Source: Candidatus Hydrogenedens sp.
GTDB lineage: Bacteria > Hydrogenedentota > Hydrogenedentia > Hydrogenedentales > Hydrogenedentaceae
Length of the DNA: 64,000 bases
Assembly (NCBI GenBank): GCA_035361075.1
Contig: DAOSBX010000003.1
Coordinates: forward strand, 20,359 to 84,358
Direction: 5' to 3'
Positions 1 through 9,608 of this stretch are shown piece by piece. A program made the translations under genes and the position numbers. The notes under the pieces were generated by a model. It ran no database searches. It had not been told where the DNA came from and was given only the letters and a program-made list of their open reading frames with translations. Positions within the stretch are counted from its first letter, which is position 1, and every line of letters starts with the position of its first letter.

Positions 1-1
1 A

Positions 2-550
2 GATTTTAAAAACACGGTAATTGTTTTAACGTCAAATATTGGAGCACGTAAAATTGGAAAGTCAACCTCATTAGGTTTTCAAAAAGATAGTATAGAAGAA
101 GAATATGAAAAGATGCGTGACCGTGTTATGGAAGAAGTTAGGAAAACATTTAATCCAGAATTTCTAAACCGTTTAGATGAAGTCCTTGTTTTCCATCGCC
201 TTACTCAGGAACAATTAGAACAAATTGTCGATATTCAAATGAATGAAGTTACTAAGCATTTACAAGAAAAACAAATGAAAATTGAAATTACACCTTCAGC
301 TAAAAAATTCCTTGTAAATATAGGTAGTAGTGAAGAATATGGTGCTCGTCCTCTTCGTAGGTCTATTCAACAAAACATTGAAGACCCGCTTGCTGAGAAA
401 CTGCTCTCAGGCGAAATAAAGGAGGGAAGTACTGTATTAATTGATTTAAATTCCGATGGAACTGCTCTGGAATTTAAGGTAAAGGAGAACCAGTTTGAAA
501 ATCAATTACCAAAAACGGATAATAATACTGTAAAATTAATAAATAATTAG
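2..550 (+). CDS. Clp/Hsp100 AAA+ chaperone (ClpC/ClpB-like), C-terminal fragment; 5' end lies outside the window
   Basis: Frame 2 is open from the window edge (DFKNTVIVLTSNIGA...). It carries D2 small-domain motifs FNPEFLNRLDEVLVFHRL and GARPLRRSIQQNIEDPLAEKLL. Stop at 548-550. Confidence 0.8.
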   Translation, partial: DFKNTVIVLTSNIGARKIGKSTSLGFQKDSIEEEYEKMRDRVMEEVRKTFNPEFLNRLDEVLVFHRLTQEQLEQIVDIQMNEVTKHLQEKQMKIEITPSAKKFLVNIGSSEEYGARPLRRSIQQNIEDPLAEKLLSGEIKEGSTVLIDLNSDGTALEFKVKENQFENQLPKTDNNTVKLINN

Positions 551-604
551 GGCAAAACTGTAGGCGAAAAATATTGAATATAACATAATGAAGGGATTTG
601 TTCA

Positions 605-2920
605 ATGTTAAGAACAAGATATGTACATGTCATTTTATCTATTGTTATTTTTATTTTATGTAAAAATTCTGTGACACAAGAAACGGATTATTCAGGCAAA
701 GAAGTTCTTTCTGTAAATATTCAAGGGCTTGAAAAACTTAACGAACAGGTTGTGTTAGGACAGGTAGAAACAAAAGTGGGAGATAAACTCAATTCCAGAG
801 CTGTAGCACGAGATATTAAACGAATTTATAATTTAGGCTATTTTACAAAAGTAAGTGTTGAGGTCATTCCAGAAGGGGATGGAGTCAAAGTGACATATAT
901 AGTGGAAGAAGAACGAAGAATATCAGATGTGAAAATAATTGGTTGCAAAAAAATAAAACCCCGTGCAATAGAACCTGTATTAAAGCAAAAAAGAGGAACT
1001 TCTTTTATTCCCGAACTTTGTGAGGAAGATAGAAAAGCAATTATTAATATGTATCAAGCAAAGGGATATGCAAATACAAAGGTTGATGTTATAACAGAAA
1101 AAGTGGAACCTGGACTTGTTCGTATTATTTATTCTATTGATGAAGGGAAAAAAGCAAGAATTAAAGAGATTGAAATTGAAGGGAACTCAGCACTGAGTGA
1201 CCGTCAGGTAAAGAAAGCAATGAAGACCAAACCCGCTTGGTGGTTTTTGGGTGGTAAATATGACGAGACCAAATTTGAGACCGACCTGGAGAATATAGTT
1301 AATAAGTATGGAGACCACGGTTATTTAGATGCTAAAGTAACGCATACAGATGTTCTATATACAGATAATGGAAAAAAGCTTAGAATAAAACTTTTTGTTG
1401 AGGAGGGAGACCAATATAAAGTTCAATCTCTACAATACGCAAATAATATCGTTTTTGATGCTGAAGAGTTAGAAAAGGATATCAAAGTAAAACCAGAAGA
1501 TATTCATAATAAAGGACAGGTGGCTAAAGATGCTCAAGTACTTGAAAAGAAATACCAAGATAGTGGTTATGTGGATGCTACCGTAACTCCACAGGTCTCA
1601 AAAGATGAACAGAATAAAACAACGAATATTGTATATAACATATCTGAAAGTGAATTGAAATATATAAAACAAGTTGATATTACGGGTAATGATGTTACAC
1701 AAGATGAAGTCATTCGCAGGCAGGTATTAGTGAAACCTGGAGAACGATATGATGGTTCTGCTGTGGAATCAAGCCGATTGCGACTTGAAAATACGGATTA
1801 TTTTGATAAAATCCGTATTACGCTCCATGATGATGAAGAAGACCCAAGATATTCTAATTTACTTGTAGATGTAGAGGAAGGGAAAACCAATACCTTTCTT
1901 TTCGGAGCTGGGTATAGTACAGATGAAGGTGTTGGCGGTTTTGCACAGTTAAGACTAAGAAATTTTGACATTACCAACTGGCCATCCTTTTCAGGGGGAG
2001 GACAACAATTTTCAGCACGTGTTCACGTCGGTGACAGAAGAGACCGCTATAGTGTAAGTTTCACTGACCCCGAGATATTTGGATATCCTATTTCACTTGG
2101 CGTAGATTTGTATGATGAATCCTATTGGGTTCGTAGTGGTGCAGACTACCGTGAAAATCAGACAGGAGGACAAATACGTTTTGGGAAGGCGCTTTCACTT
2201 TACAATACTGCACGGTTAGCATTTAGGGTTGAAGATGTCGATATTAGTGACCTTTCATGGTTTATAAATCCTGAAATAAGAAAACAAACTGAAAATTCAA
2301 CAACGGTAAGTACAATTTTGAGTTTAGAGAGAAATACTTTAGACCGTTATCGTGACCCAAGTCGTGGTATTAATGCTGTGTTAAGTTCAGAACTTGCTGG
2401 ACTTGGCGGAGATAATAATTTTGTAAAATTGCAACTTGATTTTGCTTGGTATAGGGCATTGGATAAAGATAAAAAGTGGGTTTTTATGCTAAGAACTCGT
2501 GAGGGTTGGATGACAGAATATGGAGACTCAGATTATATACCACTAATCTACCGTTTTTATGCTGGTGGTACTACCACAGTCCGAGGTTATGATTATCGTG
2601 ATATTGGTCCTAAGATTCGTGAATATGGCTTCTTTGGAGATTGGATTGCCAAAGGCGGTAATTTACGATTAGTTAACAATTTAGAATTAAAGTATAAGGT
2701 GACAAATATCTTTAGAATTTATAGCTTTATTGATATGGGTGGTGTTTGGGAAGATGAGGGAGATATCGATTTGTCAGATTTAAGATATAGTAGCGGATTA
2801 GGAATAGGTGCAGAAATTCCGAAGATAGGACCTATTCGTGTTGATTATGGTATTCCATTAAATCCTGATGATGACCAAGGACACGGTAGATTACATTTAA
2901 CTACAGGATTGCAATTCTAA
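605..2920 (+). CDS. bamA: Outer membrane protein assembly factor BamA (POTRA repeats + Omp85 beta-barrel)
   Basis: 771 aa with an N-terminal signal-like hydrophobic segment. Repeated POTRA-like modules (e.g. IEIEGNSALSDRQVKKAM, VDITGNDVTQDEVIRRQV) precede a Gly/aromatic-rich barrel ending ...HLTTGLQF. Canonical bamA-skp-lpxD synteny. Confidence 0.9.
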   Translation: MLRTRYVHVILSIVIFILCKNSVTQETDYSGKEVLSVNIQGLEKLNEQVVLGQVETKVGDKLNSRAVARDIKRIYNLGYFTKVSVEVIPEGDGVKVTYIVEEERRISDVKIIGCKKIKPRAIEPVLKQKRGTSFIPELCEEDRKAIINMYQAKGYANTKVDVITEKVEPGLVRIIYSIDEGKKARIKEIEIEGNSALSDRQVKKAMKTKPAWWFLGGKYDETKFETDLENIVNKYGDHGYLDAKVTHTDVLYTDNGKKLRIKLFVEEGDQYKVQSLQYANNIVFDAEELEKDIKVKPEDIHNKGQVAKDAQVLEKKYQDSGYVDATVTPQVSKDEQNKTTNIVYNISESELKYIKQVDITGNDVTQDEVIRRQVLVKPGERYDGSAVESSRLRLENTDYFDKIRITLHDDEEDPRYSNLLVDVEEGKTNTFLFGAGYSTDEGVGGFAQLRLRNFDITNWPSFSGGGQQFSARVHVGDRRDRYSVSFTDPEIFGYPISLGVDLYDESYWVRSGADYRENQTGGQIRFGKALSLYNTARLAFRVEDVDISDLSWFINPEIRKQTENSTTVSTILSLERNTLDRYRDPSRGINAVLSSELAGLGGDNNFVKLQLDFAWYRALDKDKKWVFMLRTREGWMTEYGDSDYIPLIYRFYAGGTTTVRGYDYRDIGPKIREYGFFGDWIAKGGNLRLVNNLELKYKVTNIFRIYSFIDMGGVWEDEGDIDLSDLRYSSGLGIGAEIPKIGPIRVDYGIPLNPDDDQGHGRLHLTTGLQF

Positions 2921-3071
2921 TCAAAAAGAATATATGATAAAGATTCCCTTATTCTTAGAAAAAATCCCGCATACGTGAAATTTAAAATAAAAATTTGATA
3001 TACTTTCGTCTATATATTAAATAAGAATAAAATAACAATTGTTAAATTAACATAAATAGAAAGGATTCGCA

Positions 3072-3665
3072 GTGAACGGGAGATATTTTTTTATATCATT
3101 AACGATTTGTATTTTATTACTTCTTCCTGTCGGTATGATTTTTGCACAGGAACCAGTAAAGACTCAAAGTTCAGAAGCCTCATACAGAATTGCTGTTGTT
3201 GATGTTGAGCTTGTTATGAGGGAATACAATAAGAGAAAACAAAAATATGAAGAACTTCAAAAGGAAGTCGATTCCCAACAAAAAGAACTCGATAATCTGA
3301 TGAGTCGTATTGAAGAAGATAGAAAAAAACTTGAGTCGGGTAAGTCTACAATGAGCGATGAAGAAAAACTGGATTTGAAAATGAAAATAGAACAAGAGGC
3401 GGCTACATATAGAGCAGAACTTGAAAAAAGGCAAAAAACTATTGATAGCAAGGAAGAACGAATTATTCGTGAATGTTTAGATGATATTCAAAACGCTATT
3501 AATGTAATTGCCACCTCAGATAATTATCATCTCGTATTCAATGCGGGCAAATCTCTGAAAAGCAGTTTATTATTTCACAGCCCAACAATGGATATAACCT
3601 CCAAAGTCCTAACCTATTTGAATTCAAATTCAAGTACTACGGAATCAGTAAAACCAAAGAAATAA
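3072..3665 (+). CDS. skp: OmpH/Skp-family periplasmic chaperone
   Basis: 197 aa with a signal peptide (LLLLPVGMIFAQE) and a long Lys/Glu-rich coiled coil. It sits between bamA and lpxD. GTG start is preceded by AAAGGA. Confidence 0.7.
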   Translation: MNGRYFFISLTICILLLLPVGMIFAQEPVKTQSSEASYRIAVVDVELVMREYNKRKQKYEELQKEVDSQQKELDNLMSRIEEDRKKLESGKSTMSDEEKLDLKMKIEQEAATYRAELEKRQKTIDSKEERIIRECLDDIQNAINVIATSDNYHLVFNAGKSLKSSLLFHSPTMDITSKVLTYLNSNSSTTESVKPKK

Positions 3666-3713
3666 AAACGGTTAATTGGTATATAGATAACTCTATATTG
3701 AAAAATTAAGAAA

Positions 3714-4778
3714 ATGTCAATAAATGTGAAACAAATATCAGAATGGATAAATGGGATAATTATTAAGGGGGATGAAAACACTATAATAACAGGTGTTAAT
3801 AGCATCGATAATGCGAGTAGTGGCGATTTAGTATTTGTCCGTGATAAAAAATATGAAGCGTTATTAACGAAAACCCAAGCATCTGCTGTGCTTATGTCCT
3901 CAGAACCTGTAGTTCCAGTACCAGAAAATCTTGTTTGTATTATAGTGACAAATCCAGAACTTGCATTTTTACAAGTATTACAACAATTTAATCCTCAAAA
4001 GATACAATTACCTGAAGGAATACACCCCTCTGCAGTTGTAGGGGATGATGTCACTTTGGGAGAGAATATTGCAATAGGTCCTTTTGTATTTGTTGGTAAT
4101 AATTCAAAAATTGGCAATAAAACGAAGATATATCCCCATGTATATATCGGGGAAAACTGTGAGATTGGTGAAAACACCATTATATTTCCTAATGTCACTA
4201 TCCGAGAAGAAACGAAAATAGGTTCTAATTGTATTATTCATTCAGGAGTATGTATTGGAACAGATGGATTTGGTTTCATTCATGATGGTAATTTGTGGCA
4301 TAAAATTCCACAGATTGGATGTGTTATTATAGGAGATAATGTTGAAATAGGTAGTAATACATGTATTGACCGTGCTACATTTGGGGAGACCCAAATAGGC
4401 ACAGGTACTAAAATAGATAATTTGGTTCAGATAGGACATAATGTTAAAATAGGTGAAAATTGTGCAATTGCAGCAACAACTGGTATAGCTGGCAGTGCTA
4501 CTATAGGTAATAGTGTTCGAATTGGTGCCGGTGCGGGTATCAATGGACACATTAATATAGGAGACAATGCAACTATAGGTGCATGGTCAGGTGTAGCAAA
4601 GTCAGTGGAAGTTGGTGCTGTAGTTTCTGGTTTCCCTGCAACAGAACATTCGCGGGCAAAAAGGATATTAGTTGCCCAGCAGTATGTCCCCGAATTGCTC
4701 AGGAGAGTTAAAGAACTTGAAATGAAAATTCAAGAAATAGAGAGTAAAGTATATGAAAAATCAGCGAACAATCAGTAA
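3714..4778 (+). CDS. lpxD: UDP-3-O-acylglucosamine N-acyltransferase LpxD
   Basis: 354 aa with the LpxD N-terminal domain (ISEWINGIIIKGDENTIITGVNSIDNASSGDLVFV) and a long left-handed beta-helix of hexapeptide repeats (IGENCEIGENTIIFPNVTI...). It has a C-terminal helical tail and the expected synteny. Confidence 0.9.
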   Translation: MSINVKQISEWINGIIIKGDENTIITGVNSIDNASSGDLVFVRDKKYEALLTKTQASAVLMSSEPVVPVPENLVCIIVTNPELAFLQVLQQFNPQKIQLPEGIHPSAVVGDDVTLGENIAIGPFVFVGNNSKIGNKTKIYPHVYIGENCEIGENTIIFPNVTIREETKIGSNCIIHSGVCIGTDGFGFIHDGNLWHKIPQIGCVIIGDNVEIGSNTCIDRATFGETQIGTGTKIDNLVQIGHNVKIGENCAIAATTGIAGSATIGNSVRIGAGAGINGHINIGDNATIGAWSGVAKSVEVGAVVSGFPATEHSRAKRILVAQQYVPELLRRVKELEMKIQEIESKVYEKSANNQ

Positions 4779-6078
4779 AGAAGTATCTTTCTCAGGAGTA
4801 GGATTACATTCAGGAAGTTTAACAACAGTGACTTTTAAGCCTGCCCCCCCAGATACAGGAATTATCTTTATTCGAACCGATTTATCAGGAAAGCCAGCAA
4901 TTCCTGCAGATATTGACCATGTAATTGATGTTTCTCGTGGTACTACTATTGGTTTAGGTAATGCCAAAGTAAGGACGGTAGAACATGGTTTGGCAGCAAT
5001 GGCTGGCTTAGGTATTGATAATTTATACATTGAACTTGATAATGAAGAAATCCCTAATGGCGACGGGAGTGCTTTGCCTGTAATGAACTGCTTACTTCGG
5101 GCAGGAATAACAGAGCAGGAAGAGCCAAAAAGGTCACTGCTTGTTGATAGACCCGTATATTATCGTCAAGATGATGTAACTCTTAATATCCTTCCCGCAG
5201 ATGAATTTCGCATTACCATGACCATTGCTTATGACCATGTTGCTATTGGTACACAGTATGCCAGCTTTATTATTAATGAAGAAACATTTATGAATCAACT
5301 TGCCCCTGCTCGTACATTTTGTTTTCTGAAAGAGGTAAAAATGTTGAAGGAGCAGGGATTAATCATGGGGGGAAGTTTAGAAAGTGCAGTAGTTATAGGG
5401 GATGAGGAAATTCTAAATGATGGATTACGATTTCCCGATGAATTTGTAAGACATAAAATTCTCGACTTGCTTGGTGATACATATCTATTAGGAAGACCTT
5501 TAATAGGACATATCATTGGCGTTAAGTCGGGACACGAAAAGAATGTAATGTTTACAAAACAAATAAAAAAAGTTTATCTGAACGGTTATGGGATTTATGC
5601 TATACATGACCCAAGACCAACAGCACATCGACAAATACCAGTTTTAGATGTAAATAAAATATTGAAAATATTACCACATCGCTATCCCTTCCTGTTAGTA
5701 GACCGAATTATCGAATTTACATCCATGAAAAAAGTGGTTGGAATTAAGAATGTTACAGTAAATGAGCCATTTTTCCAAGGGCATTGGCCTGATGTTCCTG
5801 TGATGCCAAGCATTTTGATTCTCGAAGCGATGGCACAAGTATCCTCTGTGCTCATTTTCCGAGAGAATGGCGACCCACCCCTTTATCAGGCATACTTCGT
5901 AGGTTTAGAAAAGGCGTCACTTCGTAGACTAGTAGTACCTGGAGACCAGCTTGTAGTGGAAGCAGAAATGGTTTACTACCGAAACGACCTATTCAAGGCA
6001 AAGGTTGTAGCTTCTGTAGAAAATCAAGTAGTGGCTGAAGCAACTATGAGTTTTGGTTTGGTAGAATTAAGAAAATAG
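4753..6078 (+). CDS. lpxC/fabZ: Bifunctional UDP-3-O-acyl-GlcNAc deacetylase / 3-hydroxyacyl-ACP dehydratase (LpxC-FabZ fusion)
   Basis: 441 aa. The N-terminal part is LpxC-like (QRTISKEVSFSGVGLHSG..., HKILDLLGD, GHEKN). The C-terminal ~150 aa is a FabZ hot-dog (LPHRYPFLLVDRI..., NEPFFQGHWP..PVMPSILILEAMAQ). It overlaps the lpxD end by 26 nt. Confidence 0.9.
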   Translation: MKNQRTISKEVSFSGVGLHSGSLTTVTFKPAPPDTGIIFIRTDLSGKPAIPADIDHVIDVSRGTTIGLGNAKVRTVEHGLAAMAGLGIDNLYIELDNEEIPNGDGSALPVMNCLLRAGITEQEEPKRSLLVDRPVYYRQDDVTLNILPADEFRITMTIAYDHVAIGTQYASFIINEETFMNQLAPARTFCFLKEVKMLKEQGLIMGGSLESAVVIGDEEILNDGLRFPDEFVRHKILDLLGDTYLLGRPLIGHIIGVKSGHEKNVMFTKQIKKVYLNGYGIYAIHDPRPTAHRQIPVLDVNKILKILPHRYPFLLVDRIIEFTSMKKVVGIKNVTVNEPFFQGHWPDVPVMPSILILEAMAQVSSVLIFRENGDPPLYQAYFVGLEKASLRRLVVPGDQLVVEAEMVYYRNDLFKAKVVASVENQVVAEATMSFGLVELRK

Positions 6079-6270
6079 ATATTTTCCATTTTTATTTTTA
6101 TAAACTATAAATGAGGGTGACTGAGTTCTGTTAATAATCATAAAGAGAGATTGGTTTTTCATAAATTGTTTGAAAAATTATAGTTAAAACAATTAATATT
6201 AATCATCAAAATATTAGAAGAAAAGAATGTTTTATAAAAATTGAGATTACATTTATATGTTGGCAAAAAG

Positions 6271-7404
6271 ATGAAATTTAATAATTATTATATTGGTTAT
6301 TTTTTTATTGCTATATTATTTTTATTTATTCAATCATGTGAAAATCCGAGAAAAGACATTTTTATAGTTTCTGGCCAAATAGAGTGCAAAGTACATACCC
6401 CTGGCTCGACAATAGGTGGACGTATTATTAAAATTTACGTAAACGAAGGGGATACGGTAAAAAAAGACCAATCATTAATTCAGTTTGATTGTGCTCAGCA
6501 AGAGTCAATGTACCAATCCGCATTGGCGGGTGTAAAACGTGCAGAAGCTTTAGTAGAAAAATTAAAAAAAGGGGCAACAGAAGAGGAACTTCGTCAGGCG
6601 GAAAAAGCAGTGGCTTCCGCAGAGGCACAGTATAAATTATTACTTGCTGGAGCAAGGGAAGAAGATAAAAAATCTGCAAAAGCAGCCTTGGATTCTGCTC
6701 AAGCTACTTATGAAATAGCAAAAAAAGATTATGAACGAGCAGAACGTTTATATAATGAAGGGGCTATATCGAAAAAAGAATGGGAACAAACAAAGATACT
6801 CTACGAAAAGGTTCAAGCTGAATACCGTGTTGCAGAAGAAAAATATAAACAACTTCAAAAAGGAGCACGAGACGAAGAGATAGAAGCGGCAAAATCCAAC
6901 TGGGAAAGAACTTTAGCCATTCTTGATGAGGTGAAACGTGGGCCCCGAATTGAAGATATTCGTTCTGCAGAATCTGCCCTGGAATCCGCCAGAGCGGAAC
7001 TTGCAAGAATGGAAACAATATTAAAGGAGTGTTTAGTAACATCACCTATTGATGGAATTGTCGAATCAATTTCGGTCCGAGAGGGAAACATAATCCCCCC
7101 AGGGGCGTGTATAAGAATAGTTAATCCTGATGATTTGGAAATGTTTATATATGTTCCTGCTTATGTCTTGGGGTATTTGTCCGTAGGGCAAGTTTTAAAT
7201 TTTCGAACCGATGCTTATGGAGAAGAGGAATTTTCTGGAAAGGTTATATATATTGCTTCAGAAGGTGAATTTACCCCACGAAATCTACAAACACAAGAAG
7301 AACGGATACAGCAGGTATTCGCTGTAAAATTGGCATTAACTTCCTATAATGGAAGACTACGAGCAGGAATGACCGCTACAGTAAAAATTCCATTGACAAA
7401 ATGA
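6271..7404 (+). CDS. HlyD-family membrane fusion lipoprotein of an ABC-2 exporter (YbhG-like)
   Basis: The ORF is open from 6241, but the ATG at 6271 (MKFNNYY) precedes the hydrophobic segment and lipobox FIQSC. It has a biotinyl-lipoyl-like hairpin (GRIIKIYVNEGDTVKKDQSLIQFD), a long coiled coil and a beta-barrel tail. The stop overlaps the start of the next ABC gene. Confidence 0.75.
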   Translation: MKFNNYYIGYFFIAILFLFIQSCENPRKDIFIVSGQIECKVHTPGSTIGGRIIKIYVNEGDTVKKDQSLIQFDCAQQESMYQSALAGVKRAEALVEKLKKGATEEELRQAEKAVASAEAQYKLLLAGAREEDKKSAKAALDSAQATYEIAKKDYERAERLYNEGAISKKEWEQTKILYEKVQAEYRVAEEKYKQLQKGARDEEIEAAKSNWERTLAILDEVKRGPRIEDIRSAESALESARAELARMETILKECLVTSPIDGIVESISVREGNIIPPGACIRIVNPDDLEMFIYVPAYVLGYLSVGQVLNFRTDAYGEEEFSGKVIYIASEGEFTPRNLQTQEERIQQVFAVKLALTSYNGRLRAGMTATVKIPLTK

Positions 7405-8387
7405 ATATGACTATGACAACTATAGAAGAAAATTCCATTACCAATCATACTCCTTCTGCAGTAATACAGGTAAACGATTTAACACGAATGTTCGGTACTT
7501 ATATTGCTGTTGACCATGTATCTCTAACAGTACGAGAACGGGATATCTTTGGATTATTAGGACCGAATGGTTCAGGAAAAACGACATTGATTCGTATGCT
7601 ATGCGGGATATTACGCCCCACATCGGGTGACGCTTACGTATTGGGATATAACATTGTTTCTGAAAGTGAGGAAATCAAAAAATCTATTGGATATATGTCT
7701 CAGCAATTTAGTTTATATTCTGACCTTACTGTTTATGAGAATTTGAATTTTTATGCACAAATATATGGTATCCCGAGGAAGCACAGAAAAGAATCTATTG
7801 ATGAGGTTGTTAATATTGTAGATATAAAACCTTATTTAAATTATTTGTCAGGGGCTCTATCAGGAGGTTGGAAACAACGATTGGCTTTGGCATGTGCATT
7901 GGTGCACAAACCAAAATTATTATTTTTAGATGAACCTACTGCGGGTATTGACCCTGTGGCGAGGCGTGACTTGTGGAATTTACTTTTTGACTTATCAGCC
8001 CGTGGAACTACCTTTTTTGTTACTACACATTATATGGATGAGGCGGAACGATGTTCTCATTTGGGCTATATCTATTTTTCAAAACTTATTGCATATGGGA
8101 CCCCTGAGGACTTGAAAAGGATGCCTCGAGTTACTCCAGAAGGTTATCAGAGATATGAACTTCGTATAGACCATCTTACTGAAGCCATGCGAGAGTTATT
8201 AAAAATGGATTATGTACATGATGCAACAATGTTTTCAGATGTTATACATATCCTTATTAAGCAAGGTTATGACGAGGAACTTCAACAATCAATTCAAAAA
8301 AAAGGATTTCATATTCAATCACTTAGATTAGTACCTCCAACACTTGAAGATGTTTTTGTAAGTTTAACCCGTTCATATGGAAAATAA
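7401..8387 (+). CDS. ABC transporter ATP-binding protein
   Basis: Walker A GPNGSGKTT, signature LSGGWKQRL, Walker B LLFLDEPTAGIDP, and H-loop TTHYMDEA. Confidence 0.85.
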   Translation: MNMTMTTIEENSITNHTPSAVIQVNDLTRMFGTYIAVDHVSLTVRERDIFGLLGPNGSGKTTLIRMLCGILRPTSGDAYVLGYNIVSESEEIKKSIGYMSQQFSLYSDLTVYENLNFYAQIYGIPRKHRKESIDEVVNIVDIKPYLNYLSGALSGGWKQRLALACALVHKPKLLFLDEPTAGIDPVARRDLWNLLFDLSARGTTFFVTTHYMDEAERCSHLGYIYFSKLIAYGTPEDLKRMPRVTPEGYQRYELRIDHLTEAMRELLKMDYVHDATMFSDVIHILIKQGYDEELQQSIQKKGFHIQSLRLVPPTLEDVFVSLTRSYGK

Positions 8388-9504
8388 TATGCTACAGGGC
8401 TTTTTTGCAATTGTGTATAAAGAGACAAGACACATAGTAAGAGACCCTCGTAGTCTATTTTTAATGTTAGTCATTCCAGGCTTAGAATTAGTTATATTTG
8501 GCTTCGCTGTAAATTTAGATATAAAAAACATTAAAACTGGGGTGTTAAACCAAGACAAGAGAATTGAGAGTCGGAATTTACTGGACCAATTTGTAAATTC
8601 GGGGTACTTCGATATTGTATATATTTGTAATTCTGAGGAGGAAATGGCATCTGCTTTGAGAAGAGGATATATAAGGGTAGGAATACATATTCCTCCTTAC
8701 TACACAGATAGAATACTGAAGAACGAACATGTTGATGTCCAAATTCTTATCGATGGGAGTGATTCAACCGTCGCTATGCAGGCTTTAAACGTCAGTAATG
8801 CGATAGGATTGCGTGCATCAATAAAAATATTGAGTAAAACGAACTCTTTACCGTCTCAATTTCCGATTGATATGCGTCCACGTGTTTTGTTTAATCCCGA
8901 CATGCGTACAGCCAATTTTATGATACCTGGATTAATTGGGGTCATCCTTCAGGTTATAGTAATGCTACTTACTTCCTTTGCAGTTGTTCGGGAGAAAGAA
9001 CAACGAACATTGGAGCAATTGGTCGTTACCCCAGTATCAAGATTCGGTTTAATGCTTGGGAAACTGGTGCCATTTTTAGGAGTTGGAATTTGTGAAACAA
9101 TCTCGGTTCTTTTTTTGATGAGGTTTTTATTCCAAGTTCCTATTGCAGGAAGTCTATTATTACTTTCTTTTTTTGCGATTATTTTCCTTTTCACAACATT
9201 AGGAATGGGTTTACTGGTTTCTACTTTTTCCCAAAACCAGATTCAAGCCCTTCAAATTTCTTTCGTTATCTTGCTTCCCTCATTCTTACTGTCAGGTTTT
9301 ATGTTTCCTCAAGAAACAATGCCCCGAGTGATTTATTGGATTGGACAAGTTGTCCCAGCAACATATTTTATTCGCATCTTACGAGGTATTATTCTTCGTA
9401 ATGCTGGTTTTTGGGACTTATGGCATAACGGTGCTATACTTGGAATAATGGGAATTATTATCATCGTTATTGCTTCGTTCCGATTCCACAAAACGGTTGG
9501 ATAA
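8377..9504 (+). CDS. ABC-2 type transporter permease (YbhS/YbhR-like)
   Basis: 375 aa with an N-terminal TM, a large extracytoplasmic loop and a cluster of 5 C-terminal TMs. It overlaps the ATPase gene by 11 nt. Confidence 0.8.
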   Translation: MENNMLQGFFAIVYKETRHIVRDPRSLFLMLVIPGLELVIFGFAVNLDIKNIKTGVLNQDKRIESRNLLDQFVNSGYFDIVYICNSEEEMASALRRGYIRVGIHIPPYYTDRILKNEHVDVQILIDGSDSTVAMQALNVSNAIGLRASIKILSKTNSLPSQFPIDMRPRVLFNPDMRTANFMIPGLIGVILQVIVMLLTSFAVVREKEQRTLEQLVVTPVSRFGLMLGKLVPFLGVGICETISVLFLMRFLFQVPIAGSLLLLSFFAIIFLFTTLGMGLLVSTFSQNQIQALQISFVILLPSFLLSGFMFPQETMPRVIYWIGQVVPATYFIRILRGIILRNAGFWDLWHNGAILGIMGIIIIVIASFRFHKTVG

Positions 9505-9608
9505 ATGCAACTATTTCTTGACTTTCTATCTTAATAATTTGCACTAATCTTTTCATATACATGATAATCCCATAATTTATTTATCTTCAGAATATAGAAA
9601 GATATGGT

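Noticed and set aside
3033-3044. 12-bp palindrome TAACAATTGTTA upstream of skp, sharing the TTGTTAA half-site with the dtxR-upstream repeat
   Set aside because: The half-sites are in the opposite arrangement with no spacer. The similarity is short and AT-rich. An envelope chaperone gene is not an expected metal-regulon member.
3180-3451. Two antisense ORFs (84 and 64 aa) inside skp
   Set aside because: They are complements of Lys/Glu-rich coiled-coil codons, which give Phe/Leu/Ser-rich pseudo-proteins. Neither is supported by any start context.
3995-4550. Two antisense ORFs (67 and 102 aa) within lpxD
   Set aside because: They arise from the codon periodicity of the hexapeptide-repeat beta-helix. 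The sense frame is clearly LpxD.
6241-6270. 5' extensions offered by the ORF track (also 15374-15442, 26573-26629, 47768-47782, 63183-63194, 19389-19424)
   Set aside because: Downstream ATGs sit behind better Shine-Dalgarno-like sequences and begin exactly at the signal peptide, Tat motif or conserved N-terminus. The extensions use TTG or overlap the preceding gene.
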